Shown here piece after piece: positions 23,739 through 38,900 of a stretch of 64,000 nucleotides of DNA. Made by a program: the position numbers and the translations under genes. The notes below the pieces were generated by a model. The model ran no database searches. It was not told the origin of the DNA and saw only the letters and a list, made by a program, of their open reading frames with translations. Position 1 is the first letter of the stretch, and the number at the start of each line of letters is the position of its first letter. Source of the stretch: Antedon mediterranea. Its lineage: Eukaryota > Animalia > Echinodermata. The stretch lies in assembly GCF_964355755.1 (NCBI RefSeq), contig NC_092673.1:29199648-29263647 (forward strand). Reading direction: 5' to 3'.

Positions 23739-24984
23739 TTTTATCTGAAATTAAAAAATTATTATCAAGATCTGGTGTATATTACGTGTTGGTAATGAAA
23801 CAATTGTTACAAATAATATCGATTTAATATTTTGTTGGTTGTTATTGATAACCAAGATGTTAATAATAACGCTAGTGTGAAATGGAAAAAAAATTGATGA
23901 ACTCTTGAAACTAAAGCTCTGTTTACACTATCAAACTAGTTTGACAACAAAAGTGTCATGTGCCCAAATATGGCAGTGATATGGTAGATATGCCATCATC
24001 GTGTCCATTTATGGGCACATCAAATGTTTTTGTCACATAAAGTTTGATAGTGTAGACCGAGCTTAAGATGTTCATAACTTGATGAGGACTATAAAATGTA
24101 CGACTTTTTATTGATTATGAAATGACTTGTTGCTGATAACATTTTTTTTGTCTTTTATGGGCTCGTCCTACAAATGATTGAAATCTATACTAGTTATCTA
24201 TATAAGGCATATAATATGATGTTGTTGCTGAAAACATTGATAACAATGAAATTGCTGATTTTGTATGTTTGTTAAATCAACCAAGTTCAATCATTACAAC
24301 TTCCTTCAAATAAAATATAATCAGTAGAAGTTTTAAATAGAAAATAAAAGAAAATCGTAATACTACCAAAATCGTTGACAAAGGAAATTAAAGCAAATCA
24401 TTTGACGCGTAGGGAGTTAAAGGAGTAATATTGATAACATATTGAGCACTTACCTCTGCAAGTTGCAGGAGTATGAGTATAGCTGTGCAGCGCTTCTTTG
24501 CGAATGGGAAGGATAAGGAATCGGTCCTTGGATGAAGATAAACAAATCCCAAGTTTGAAAAAGGTCGTCTTAGTTCCGGGTCCTCGTTTGTAATTAAGGA
24601 AACCGATCCTTCGTTTCTAGCGTTCTACAGGAACTTTAGATTATCATGCCTTCCATCCGATTGTAATAAAAGTACTTTCTATACTTTCGTTACTACCTGC
24701 GTCATCTATTATTTAAGGAACAAAATATATTATATAAAATAATGAACAAATGTTGTATCTGTTTTTGGAATGGTACTGTATAATTCAAATAACGGTAATG
24801 TTTTTAAATACTGTAACATTAACAAAACTGTAACTTTCGATACAGAAGTTATAGTCTTATGAATATTCATGATTTGTATAACTCCACCCACCTAATAAAT
24901 AATAGCCAACAGGATTACATGTTTTAACATGATTGGCTATTATTTATGTTAAAACATATATATAAATACACATACATTAAGGGC

Positions 24985-25510
24985 ATTAATGCCAATTTAC
25001 ACAGACAAGCGGTAACGGTAAGCGAAAAACCGCGTAGCTTGTCCCCCCACGTAGAACCTGGGCGGGAATCTCCGTCCTCTCCGCGCATTGTGTAAATGGT
25101 CATAATGATAAGGAATAACATAGGCCGTCTGGGAGACCAGTCTTTGACTGAACCAGTATAAATATAAATTTCAATTCAATTCAATATTTTCACGCTGCTG
25201 CTCTAGCCAGCTACGTCCCATGAGGACTACTCATTCAGAAGCTAAAGCAAGCAGCAATTACAGTATCTAAGGCCGACAGTTTTGCGACTTTGTTAACTCG
25301 ACTATAATTTATAAATCCCAGCTGCTGGACCCAAAAAACGTCTGGAAGAAGAGAGTCTATGAGGGCTCACGGTTGAACGATTTTGGATTCTCACCCTTTG
25401 ATTGGTTGATGATGCGAATCAACAGATTGTGAAAGAATTTTCTCACTGTACCGCCGTGAAGTCACGTTGTCTCTAGAGGGTATTCAGTTGCATCCCTACA
25501 GGTTGAGGTC
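24985..25510. mobile_element. Probable tail-to-tail retroposon remnants, including a stem-loop next to a (TTCAA)n tail
   Basis: GC-richer island with an ATAAAT repeat abutting TTCAATTCAATTCAA (25158-25186). Stem GCTGCTGCTCTAGC...GCTAAAGCAAGCAGC at 25194-25255. Confidence 0.4.
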
Positions 25511-25997
25511 ACACACACACACAGCACATTAAAGTTAAAAATTGACCATTTTTAAATGGGCATGTGATTCATTATTAAAGAACTATCTTTGATTTGTATG
25601 CATTTTTGTGATTAAAGGACATCTTTTTAATAATTAATCATAAATATATCTGAAGAAAGAACAATGATTAATTTTAAAATGTCGAGCAGCGTTTTTTGTA
25701 AGAAGTATTTCTTGTTATTACTGTTACCGCTCGTCGGTGTAAATTAGCCTTTAAAGTGAAACACCACACAAACATAATTTTCTAAAACATTACCTTATCG
25801 AGCATAAACTATAGCCCCCTTTCACACAAAGCTGTAGGAAACATAGACTGTAAAGTTCGGATCCAAAAAATAACAATAACAACAAACCACCAATATTTGG
25901 TTTTCTTACAATCTTAATTTAATTAGAAATATAATTCATCAAATAAAGATTTTCATATAATACTACCAGCACAAGACTAAGAGACAGATATTCGGAA

Positions 25998-26197
25998 AAC
26001 ATTACAATGTATGCTATTATTACGTAACATTACAGTGTATGCTATTATTACGTAACATTACAATGTATGCTATTATTACGTAACATTACAAAATGTATGC
26101 TATTATTACGTAACATTACAATGTATGCTATTATTACGTAACATTACAATGTATGCTATTTTTACGTAACATTACAATGTATGCTATTATTACGTAA
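25998..26197. repeat. 28-bp tandem repeat x7
   Basis: Unit AACATTACAATGTATGCTATTATTACGT. Confidence 0.92.
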
Positions 26198-26436
26198 CTT
26201 TGTTTACTCATTGTGAATGTTAAAACATTGTTAAATATTAGCAACTTAAAAAAAAACACGGAATAGACAATAAATCAGTACCAGTACATTACGAGACTCA
26301 AATATATTAAACAATGTTTTCAGCGATCTATAAATAACAGAAATTCGAACAAAATTGGGGAAAATATAACACCGATTTGTTTACAATTAGCTTACATATG
26401 AAATTCATGTATGTATTACTTTTTGTGAAAACGTGG

Positions 26437-26512
26437 TAGTTGGGTGTGGCAGTTAGGTGTGACAGTTGGGTGTGGCAGTTAGGTGTGACAGTTGGGTGTG
26501 GCATTTAGGTGT
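26437..26512. repeat. 13-bp tandem repeat (26-bp dimer)
   Basis: CAGTTGGGTGTGG alternating with CAGTTAGGTGTGA. Confidence 0.85.
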
Positions 26513-28521
26513 CGTAATTGTGTGTGTTCCACCTGTATGTTCTGCCAATGTAAAATACAAATTAAATTTTTAATAGCATTTATTTGAAAATATTGTGAAA
26601 TTTAACAATTATACCAAAACTAAAAAAATAAAACATTTATGGTAAGCATAGTGTACATAATTATGTTTTAAGAAAAAAATATTTAAAACAATAAGTCAAA
26701 TTAATGATACTTAAAACAAACCAAATGAACCAAAATAAGTACATTTAACGATTAAAATTAAACTTGTTCAATATTCACAATTATATATACCTAATTTATT
26801 TCAAAAATCTTCTTCATGTAACTTACTCTAACAAAAAAGAAAACACTTTTCCCCTTAATTTCAGAAAATCTAACTATATACCAATATAATATAATGGAAT
26901 ATATTTTACAAATAGATATTTACAAATGTTCTAGCAATAGATACAGATAAGGTAATTGAATCAAGTTTCAACCTATAAATTTGTTTTCACATTCAAGAGA
27001 ATAACAAATGTATTTTTCATTGTTTTTTAATTTCAATCTTTCAATAAAAGAGCACTGAAGAAAGAAACATACATAGAATAATTTATAACAAATAATTGTA
27101 AAACTCTGTGATATTTATCAATTAATATGTGGGATAATTTAATTTACAATTATTTTGAATGAAAACAGAATAACAATGAATTCTAATCTGAAACCAAATC
27201 TGGTTAAAATATGATACAACCTTGAGTGGATTTAATAGGAATAAACCTGTATTATTACAGATCCTATATGATTAACCACTTAATTTATAAATAAATAAAG
27301 ATACTAAATTAAGCGGATGTATACGTGCTTAAGTTGATGACCAGGAGCAGAAGGTTATAGCTTTCCAGTTTTTAACTTAATCGGTTAGGTCACTCGCAAA
27401 CATCAGTGAAGAGTTGAGGGAGCTAGATCTGCCGATTATCTGCTAAAAAAAGTCAGTCGAATATTCCTATTACATTCAGTTATAGTTAACCACTTAAAAT
27501 ATTGAAATACATTGCATGTTATAACTAGCTATAACGACATGTTATGGATAATTTCTAACATCATTACACCTGATCACTTCCTTTAGTGTTGCCAACCAAA
27601 TTGCTGCTTATGAAATTAATGGTTGTTTAAATAAATAACATGGATATACAGTATTACAGGTCATGTATAAGAGTGCAAGTACTTAGTAGTAACATTTATA
27701 CATCGGAAAGAAAATTAGAATTATCATAGGCAAAATGTCACTGAGCCAGTCAATGGTGTCTTTGGGAAAACCAACTTTATAATATGTTAATATTATGTAC
27801 TGTATAGCAAAAGTACAGTTAAAAAAGTATTTCTAACATTATTTTGTGATTGTTAATTAATAATAAACTTAATTATTAGCTAAAAATTAAAATAATTAAT
27901 TATTTATAGAATTGCACAGATTAAATAATTAAACCTTTTCTTTAACAAGACTATTTAACACATTTTAATTACAAAAATTTAATAAATCATAAAATATTAA
28001 AAACTGAAATAATATATACCTTTTCATAGATATATAGTGAAGGAACTTCTCAAGTTGAGAAGCGCTTATTTTATGCCATTTATAGCAAGTTGACAATCCA
28101 TATTTTAAGTCATACCAGCTATACCGATCCAGTTCACAAATTGCTTATTTTAGCTCATACCAGTTATCTCAAGATTAAGTTGTTGATAAAGATGGTGCCA
28201 TATTAAAAAAATAAATAACAATAAAAACTTGTATAGTACATTAAAACCACTCCTTTGGAATTTAGTGGACACCTCTATTAAAGGAACTCTTATCAAACCA
28301 ACAAAAGGCAATATACTGTATGTACTAAGGCCAATCCCAATATAATAGGCGCAACACAAGCAAGTTTACTAATGACGATCGGCCAAATCACGTCCTTGCC
28401 TTGCGTCCTAGTAGGAACCAAGCATCATGGGACACCCGTATTATGAGGAACACTTTGTAGGGTCCGAAGGAGTTCTACTGTTTATATTAACATTTTACTC
28501 TATATTATGTTAAATCTATTT

Positions 28522-31500
28522 TCATTTCTGTGTTGGGTATGCGCGTCGTTGATTATACGCTCTTGATCCCGGACCTTTAGACCTGGAACTCATCGGTGTA
28601 GTCATCGGTGGTTGGAAGCTTGCTTGTGAGAATTGCTGAGGGTTAAACATCATCGGCATCGCAGGTTGTGCTGGCTCCACTGCTGGAGTAGACGACGCAT
28701 CCCATTGGTCAATTTGACCCTACAACAAAAACATAAATAAATGTCAGTATAAATAGTGTTATACAGCGCGTGTAAAACAAATAAAGCACAACAAATGTGT
28801 CTATTGGAAAAACTATGTTGCATATTAAATTTAGTAGCCACCTACTTAAAAGTGGTGGAATACAAACCAATAACAAGAATCAAACTTATCCCTAACAAAA
28901 TTAGTCTCCTTTAAACATTAGCAACACACACTACCTGTATAGGATACATACTGCAAAGTATTAGGCTGTCTACACTATGAAACTAGCTTGACAAAAAAGT
29001 GTGATGTGCCCAAATATGGTAGTGATATGACATCATCATGCCTATGTATGGGCATATCGCATTTTTTTGTTACATACTTCGACAGAGCTTTAATTTCATA
29101 TAAACTTTATGTGACAAAAAAATGTACATTGTATTGAAAGTGTATTTCAGAATAAAGAAAGATTAAATATGGACATGATGATGTCATATCACTACCATAT
29201 TTGGGAATATCACTATCATATTTGGGCATATCACATTTATTTTGTCAAACTACTGGTAGGTTGATAGTGTAGACAAAGCTTTAGGAGACTGGTTTAATCA
29301 AATTTACTTTAAGAGGCAGAAGAGAAATTATGCAACTATATACTACCAATACTGTGTGCAGTGACCGTCAAAACTAACAAGAGAGATTTAAGAGGAGTGG
29401 TACTGAGAGGAAAGAGGAATTAAATTAGATTAATAATAGTCACACCCTTTGATACCAGAGTACTGTATCTGACCACTGGTGAAAGAAACAACTTACAAAG
29501 GTCAAAGTTTATAAATAGAATTCCTGGATTTGAAAAGATGAAGTGAACAACAACAACCTAATCATATTTTACCAAATATAGTCCCATGCAATTATATACA
29601 CATTGCATTATTTAACAATAGTACCATAATATTGTGTCCGAATCTAGCCTAAATTAAGGAATATACACTCCAGCATGGATTCAATTTATACTTGGTCATA
29701 TATGGTATTAATAATAAATGCATTGTAATTTGTTTATTCAATTACTTTTTACACTAATGCATGCATGCTGTCTATTGTTTAGAAGTTGGTTAATATTGTT
29801 TTAACATCATTCAGGTTATAAAATATTACTGTATTAATAAATGAATATATAAATAAAATGATCTGCAGAGTCATCTGGTTACATGCATTCTGAAACCACT
29901 ACAAAGTGAATTATAATATTTATTAGACAAAATACAATGCAGGTTACATTACTGCCATCCTGAGATGGTAGTAGTAATTTTGTTTATTTTATTTATTTCA
30001 TTTATATGTAATTTACTTTCTATGGACCAGAGTTTCCGACCTCTACACTAATAAGCCACCTGTAATATTATGCAAAGTAATCTTTATGTCTGGTTTGTAT
30101 GTATTACAAATCTTTAATTATAATGAATTGTAGAAGTTGTGTGGTTACTTTTAGTGTATTTATTCTCAGCATTTATTGTTTTAATAGTTTATTTACATAT
30201 AGCATGAAAACAAATCTTAATAAAAAAAAGTTACAACAAATTAAAAATATATAAAATAAAAAAAAAATAAAAAAAAAAAGATATTAAGAACTAAGAATAT
30301 CTGGGTGGAGGAAAGAGATAAATAATTGGATTAAAAATAAAATTAAAAACAGATTTAGAATTTCAAGGAAATAAAAAAAGAGGTAGAGATACTTTATTCG
30401 GGATTTCCCCTAAAAAAATAAAAGGGTATATTAATAAAGCATTAGGACATACAGTAGCTAGAAGATCAACGTCCAAACAGACCTGTTAGTAAAAATAATA
30501 ATATATAATATATAAGTACTAATACTAATCTGTGTGCTTGAATTAATGCAATGTTTAACTGATTTAATTGTTTAAAGATGTATTGTAAATCAGACTTTAT
30601 ATATGTTATTTTGTAGTTTTAATAAAGTTAATCACTTCCGTAGAAAAAAAAACAAAAAAAACCCCCAATGTTTTCACTTACAAAATTACAAAATAAATGG
30701 TTAAATTTAACCAAAAACCCATTGACTGTCAGTTTGACCAGTTTTTCAGGTAAATAATTTTTTTTTTTATCCAATTTTTGGTCAAAGTGGATAACTATTA
30801 TGTTGCATTAAAATGGCATATTTAACTTTTGTTAAGAATTATTTTTTCAGGTGGACAATACATCTTTAACAATAACTAAAGCTACATAAGTCCAGTGTAT
30901 CCGGTCATTGCCATTTTTAGATGCAATATTTTTCATGATTTGAGTGCAAAGGGAAATGATTTTACTACATTTTGTAGAATACATAACTAGTCGTAATAGT
31001 GTATAGTTACTGCAGTAATTGCAGTAGAAAAATGATATTCACAAAAATAGCTTTTCACACATAATTCTCAGTACTGTATGTGTCCAGTATCTCTTAACCT
31101 TCCATGATACAGGCACCATATGTGATACACATGAGATGCTGTATTATGGAATTTGCTGTATAACTGGACAAATATATGAAGATACAGGATCGAGAATAAG
31201 GTGCACATAACTACGCCTTATTTAAGCTCTACCACTAACATACACATTCTGCTGGAAGCATAAAGTTCAATCCCCACTATCAAACTTTATGTGATGTGCC
31301 CATAAATGGACATGATGATGTCATATCACTACCATATGTGGGCATATCACTACCATATTTGGGCACACAACTTTTTTTTTGTAACTAGTTTGATAGTTTA
31401 AACAGAGTTTTAAATAGTGATTTAGGACATTCTATTTAAAACTACAGTTATTATCTAGAGAATATTACCAGCTATATACAGTAGACCCTCTCCTTTGGGA

Positions 31501-34500
31501 CATTCTACTCTCAGGAGGCACTTTCATGTGAACCGAAAAAGTGGGAAATATTATTACTCAGGGGCAACCCCTATTAAGTGGACACTTTTGATGGCTATAG
31601 ATAACATAAAAAATGCCGAAACGAAATATACACCATGTAAAGAGAACAAGAGACCATACTTGTTTTAACACTACGACAAACCACTATTAAGGGGACAGCC
31701 CCTTTGTTGAATGTATCCCTCGGTAGAGGTTCTACTTCAGTACTAAATCAAGTATATAACTGATTATCAATTGTTGTTTTTATAATAATTAATATCAATA
31801 TTTTAAAATGTTAAAGTTTAAGTTGTTTCACTATTGAAAGGGGCGCCCAAATTAAAGCTTGCTTGCTGTGGCGTCCCTTTTCCACTTACCAACTTCTTTT
31901 CTTGCATTATATTATTTATGTTCATTATCAGTTGTATATTTACACTGTACAGTATTATGCTACTCTGTATTTTGCTTTATTATTTGTGGAAATAAATATT
32001 ATTATTATTATTATTAATTATATATACGTCACCTACTGAAAGTTTATGCACACAAAAAGTTTGTCATGTGATTGTGTTTGGTTCCAGTGTTATGTGCAAC
32101 ATGGTGAGAGTGAGCGCAAACCCATTCTAAGCTTAATACGATAAGGCAATATTTGAGCAGAGGCAGTTACTTGAATTATGGAGCTGAACTCAATAACTAA
32201 CTAATACTTTAGATGACTGACGTTAGATGACTATAGTATCGTGTATTATATTAAAGCATGCATAGCAGTCTTTTTTAACTTCTTGTGTACACCTTAAAGA
32301 AATGCGAATTCAGTAGAACCCTCTCCTCTGGGATAACCCTATTGAGGGGACACCCCTATTGAGGGCACACCCAAATAGAAGGGAAACCCCTATTGAGGGG
32401 AAACCCCAATTGAGGGGAAACCCCTATTCAGAGGACACCCCTATTCAGAGGATATTTAGTTTGCTTCCAAATATATCCCCTTAATAGGGTTCTACTTCAT
32501 TCAAAATCAGTCGCACATCAATTGCTAAAGCTCTATCTAGTCTATCAAAGTAGTTTCACAAAAGTGTGATGTGCCTAAATATGGTAGTGATATGCCCAAG
32601 TATGGTAGTGATACACATTTGGGCACATGACATTTTTTGTCACAAATTTGATAGTGTAGACAGAGATTACAAGAGGTTCAACTAATTATTAACAATGTTA
32701 ATACAATTATTTACAAGCACAAAAGGATAAAAACAATTTGCTACCTGTCCGCCCAGATGCTGACTGACCTCGACAGAAAGGTCACTCATAGAGCTAGTAC
32801 GAGATAGCTGTTGAATCAAGTCATACAGAGTCATATAAAAGAACACTAATAGGCATACAAATATGTGTTGACCAATTTGATACAAATGATTAAAAATAAA
32901 TCAAATTCTTATCAATAGTCCGTTACAAGTGGAGATTTTTTACATTTTTAGGGGGACCTAAGGGTAAATTGCACCCTATAGCATACAATTATTATCAAAG
33001 AAAAAAATAGAAAATATAACAGATTAAAATTATTAATTAAAATGTATTACACATTACTATATATTTAATATTTTTGTAACTTGATAGCATTTCATTCACG
33101 CTTTATTAAAGGACAACTTTACCAAGAACCATATTTTGACAACATAAAGATGTACATATGATTTCAGAACAATTGCAAGATATATAATATCGCGCGCATG
33201 CTCACCGCACAGCTGTCGCCAAAAGTTCACGTCAAGTGTGCATGAATTTTCTATTTTTCTAAGCACACTTGACATCACAGCATTTTACGGTGACTGCTAT
33301 AGGTTAGCACGCACTGCGCTATCGTAAATCTTGCAATTGCTCTGAAATCCTATGTACATCCCTAATACGTTGTCAAAATATGGTTCTCGGTAGAGTTGTC
33401 CTTCAAGTATTCATTGGAGAAGACCCTGTGACAAGCTCTAATGGTTTTGATAAATAAAGTTTTGGACTGGTTTTCATGACAAACTGGGCAATACACATAT
33501 TTCTAGGCCTACTGATATCATGCAGACAAGCTGATGAGTGAACACTAGTATACCACAACCATATCAACAAAAAAGAATAACATTTGAATTATAATATATC
33601 TCTAAGTTGACTAAAAAATTTAGTATTTTATAAAAATCAACTGTAGTCCTATTATTTTAAGCTTTGTCCACACTATCAAACTAGTTTGACAAAACAAGTG
33701 TGATATGCCCAAATATGGTAGTTATTTGACATAATGTCCATATATGGGCACATAATTTTTTTTATTACATAAAGTTTGATCGTATAGACAGAGCTTAATA
33801 GAGTATCTATCAATGGGAACAATTTACTGCAAAACAAATGAGGGAATATATATGAGGAAACACACCACACTTTGTTAAATGTTAGGTCCTAAAGCTGTCC
33901 CCTTAATAGGAGTTCTACTCTTATTAAAAAGAAAAAGAACTGCAAATCAAAATTCTAAATAAATATAATACACTTTTAAAAATACATGAAAATGTATATT
34001 TTATTAGTCTTATTAAATGAATTGAATCCTTCAAATGTTTCCATCTTCTTAAGGTAAAGGTACTAGCAATGGTTGAAGTATCATATATACTAAAACATAA
34101 AAATGTAACACTGTTATTAAAATAGATTGTAATGTTGATGATAACTTACATTTTCTTGTGTGTTTTGAGGTGGTTCTAGTGATGTGACCGGTGTATACTG
34201 ATTGGATGATGTACCATTATAAGCATTTGGATTGAAGAACTGAAATAGTAATACAAAGATGCCACCTCTTAATAAACATTGCGCTTAGGCTTAGTTTTTT
34301 ACCTTGCTAATTTGTTGACCAAAGTAAGTAATAATGTGGCCCGTGAAACCAACTTACCCGAGGAAATAATTAGGCCTGGGCAGGGAAATAACTAGCCCTG
34401 GGCAGGGAAATAACTAGCCCTGGGCAGGGAAATAACTAGGCCTGGGCGGGGAAATAACTAGGCCTGGGCGGGGAAATAAAAAGGCCTGGGCGGAGAAATA

Positions 34501-35963
34501 TCTAGGCCTGGGTGGGGAATAACTAGGCCTTGTTTTTCACATAAAGTTTGATAGTGTAGACAGAGCTTAATACATTGAAAATTCAAAAAAGAAAGAATCT
34601 AAAATCATTTATACTGAATATTAATTTGAAAATTGATTTCATACCTGTGGCTGGTGAGTTTGTTCGTTATGTTCATTAGCTGGGGTCGAAGGTTGAGATT
34701 CTGGATTCCCAACTTGAGGTTGGTTATCGCCAAGCGCTGCAGAAATAACGAAATAAGTTTTAAAGCTCAGGTACAGACATGAATTTTAGATATATTACCT
34801 GGTTAAATATACATAAAACAAATATGTGTAACAGAAATCACAACGAAAAATTTCCCTTAAAATGGTCAAATATAAAATTTGGCAAATTCTGCTATAAAAG
34901 CCAGAAAGACCTTTTTTTAGTAGTTAGGTAGTTTAACTAATGTAATATCATATCCGGTGACTCCCTAGAAAGTGAAAAAAAGATGGTTGGTATCTCAAAA
35001 TGAATATATTTATATGAGACCATGAAAACTAGAAGTTACTGAACATTTGAAAATTAAATTAGAATTAGTTACCTGGAGTTGGGGTAAAAAAGTTAACCGG
35101 TGGAGCTGTGTTGTTTGATATTGTTGGAAAAAGTGCTGGGGGCGCTACAGATGAAGATTTGCTCGTCGTTGTACTCTGCGGTTTGAAAACATCTACGTAA
35201 TTACGTCCAACTATCAAGAAAAAAAGTGCAGTTATAATTACAAAAACATATCACATAATATGAAATATTATCTACAAATTTATAGATTTTTGAACATGTA
35301 TAATATAAACCAAAATAAAGATATAAAATAATAATGAAAAGGCATTTTATGAATTATTAAAAACATCAGGCACAACATACAAATATTACTGTACATCCAT
35401 ACTTAATTATATTGATATATTTTTGAATAGCTTATTCATGTCTAAAATTGTAAAGGTTGTTTAAATGATCATTGTTTTGTTTTAACTTCGCCAGTTAGTG
35501 GAGTTTTTTTTTCGTACTGAATAAAAATTATTTTAAAATAAAATGTTATGTACCATGTCTTTTAGAAAACTTGTTAACTCCAGGTGTGGCAGTGGTTGCT
35601 AGTTGAGAGTCACTAGGAGGAGGAGGAGCAACCTCACCATCACCTTCATCCCCATCTCCATCTTTATTTATCCACTTTTGCTTCTGTTCATCCCATTCAA
35701 TCTAATATAAAAGATTAAAGAGAGTGAAATTCTTAGAATCGGCATCAACCGCATTTTGATTGGTTGATACATGAAATAAATGAATAAGCATATACATTTT
35801 TGCATATACAAAATTCAGATTTGTTTGACCATCTGGTTGGAATGGTGATGTAGTGACATGGATGTGAATATGGATATGGGGGGTTTGAATCAATTTAATT
35901 TTCATCATTTGCTTTATTAACATTATTATGTGAATAGGCATATGTGATGGCATTTTACACATG

Positions 35964-35999
<36 letters not shown>

Positions 36000-38900
36000 A
36001 ATATAGAATTACTTTTCGACTTTACAGCTGCAAGGTGGCCAATATGGTATGGTGAATTAATATACTTTAATATCATTTGAATAAAGCTGTCTACAAATTC
36101 CAAATAGTTTGACAAAAAAAATCTGATGTGCCCCAATATGGTGGTGATATGTCCAAATATGTTAGTCATATGACATCATCATGTTCATATATGGGCACAT
36201 CACATTTTTTGGTCACATCGAATTTGATAGTGTAGACAGAGTTCAACGCACTGTATTATCGCGATCATCTGGAAGGTGAACATCATTTTTACCACCAAAT
36301 CTGCTAAACAGACCTCTGAACCAACTTCCACCACCACCCTGTCAAAAGAAAAAAAAAAATGAAATAATTATTGGGCTATTACTGGGTCAATGAAATTTGA
36401 AAAAATATTTTCACTTATAAAAAGAAAAAATAAATGGTTAAATTCAACCAAAAAACAATTGGCTGGAAGCCAGTTTGCCTATTTTTTACTTTAAATTAAA
36501 GTTTTTTTAAGGCAAATAATTTGTTCTTCCAATTTTTGGTAAAAGTAAATAATTAGTATGTAACATTAAAATGGCATATTCAACAAAAATATATCTTTAA
36601 CATAACAAAAAAAACAAGTAGCAACAAAAACAAATAATTCATATTTAAAACTCACCTTTTGTTTCAAACTTTTATTTTGTTCTGTCTTTTTCTGCTGCTG
36701 TTGCTGTTCTTGAGGTTTTGCAGGCGTAGGTGTTTGATTGCCAGAGCTTTGTGAGAATGTTCTGGTTCTAGGCGATTCAGGAGGGGTCATTGCACTCTTT
36801 GGTGTTGATGGTATTGTACTTGGTGTTCCAATGCTGTTTGAAGTCGTCTAAACAAAGATAAACAGATAGTTTAAAATTTTTTGTTCTTCCATTTAATTAA
36901 CTGAGAATTTCAGTAAATCTATTAGCTGAATTCCATCATAAATTGACACTATCATATTTGGGTATAACACTACCATATTTGGGTACATCACACATCACAC
37001 TTTTTGTCAAATTGTGCCTTTTTAAGCTCTGTCGAAACTATCAAACTTTATGCGACATCAAAAATTGATGTGCACATATATAGACATGGTGATGTCATAT
37101 CACTACCATATTTTTGGATATATCACTATCATATTTGAGCACATCACACTTTTTTGTCAAACTCTTTTGACCGTGTAGACAGATTAAGAATTGATATTTA
37201 TAACTAGTTCTATCAATCAATCAATCAATCTATCTGGTCAGCATAGGAATTATTCCATTGGATGGGGCTAAAGTTGTTCCTATGTATATACAGTGCATGT
37301 TAAAAAACTTAATACATGTTTTAAAAAGATTGACGTCTCCCGGTATTTTGATATAGGTAGGTGCTGCACTGCTGCTGTAGGTCTATTGATTTTTTTAAAC
37401 AGTGGAATACAGTAATAATGTATTAGTAAACTTAATAAAACTAAAATATGTTTAATTACATTATATGTGGCAGCTCCATAGAAATCAAAATTTGAAGCAT
37501 TGCTATTGGTCCAATCAGTTTCTGCTTCTGTCTCCGTCTCCGTTGCGGTCGTACTGTATTCACTCACTGTGCTACCTATCGATGCACTAGGGTCAAGGTT
37601 CATTGAAGAAAAGTTATTAGCAGGTTGGTTATGGTACGTATAATCATATTGTTGGTTAGGCTGTTGTTGGTTAGCTTCAGCCTGTTGCTGGAAGTACTGA
37701 CTGCTCTGATTTCCTTGGGTGTCTGTCGGCTGATAAAACCCTGTTTTATCCATATCTTGAGGAATAAAAAAATTATGTTTGTAATTTATTTTGATTGAAC
37801 CATGTTTCATGAGAGTAGCCAATCCAGCAAAGCTGATCATTTGGGCCCTCGAAAATACAATACATACAGTACAGAAATGCAAAATACAATACATACAGTA
37901 CAGAAATGCAAAATACAATACATACAGTACAGAAATGCAAAATACAATACATACAGTACAGAAATGCAAAATTCAATTATAAAAAACTACTATAAAAATA
38001 TAAAAATTGTAATAAAAAGTTCCATAACAATTTTAAAATAATTATATTTTAAGAATCATTCATATAATCTATGTTTGTATTTTCCCTTTTGATAAACAAT
38101 AACAATCAATTGAAACTAGTTGAATTTTATCAAGAACATTCATGTAATCATTTAATGTAATCATTTAATGTAATAATTTACTGTAATCATTTAACGTTTA
38201 TGTCTCGTCATGATGTATTTCTGTGAGGGTCTCTAATGATCAGATTCGGCTGGCTGGACCACCCTTGTAAAATATTGTTGAAATAAAATAAAAATAAATA
38301 AATAAAATTCATACATACTATATTCAAACAATATTAAATAAAATGTTTTTGTAACTAATGGGTTGTCAAACACTATTTTAAACAGTACCCAACATCACAA
38401 TTAAAATAAAAAATAATTTTAATTTTCGTGATGTGTCATGCAACTAGGCAGCTGTTGAGTCTAACAGTCTTTCTGTGCATGTTCATATGTTTCTGAGACT
38501 TGATAGCTGTATAGTTACAATAGTAACACTAGTTACAACTACACACCTGGTATTTGTTGAATATCTTCTTGCGTTGGTAAGGCATCATATTGCGTTGACG
38601 GTGTTGACGCTGTATCTTCGGTGTCTGCTAGGTTACTTAGGTTGGAAAATGATTCGACCCAAGGCATCGGTGTTTCTGGGTTGGATGCGGGTTGTATTCT
38701 GCCATCCTAGGAAATAATAATAAATGTATAAAGCCTCTATGCGCTCGCTTCGCAATAAAGAAATTAATTTCCAAAAAAACAGAAATAAACTTGACAAACT
38801 GCATTCCGTTTACCAGCAACTTTAAGGTGAAAAGGCTGGCTAGTACATAACTTACATGTGGTTTCCGGATATGTTTAAAAATGCAATTTGTTTCAACATA

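Noticed and set aside
24500-24700. NF-kB/IRF-like sites upstream of factor B
   Set aside because: Only partial matches (GGAACTTTAG, GAAA-N5-GAAA), not distinguishable from chance.
27330-27400. SECIS-like ATGA..AA hairpin
   Set aside because: The 3' GA of the quartet is missing and no in-frame TGA selenoprotein ORF was seen nearby.
37773-38041. Repetitive ORFs on both strands
   Set aside because: They come from a 29-bp tandem repeat. Only ~37465-37757 of the long minus-strand ORF looks like a real SEC16 exon.
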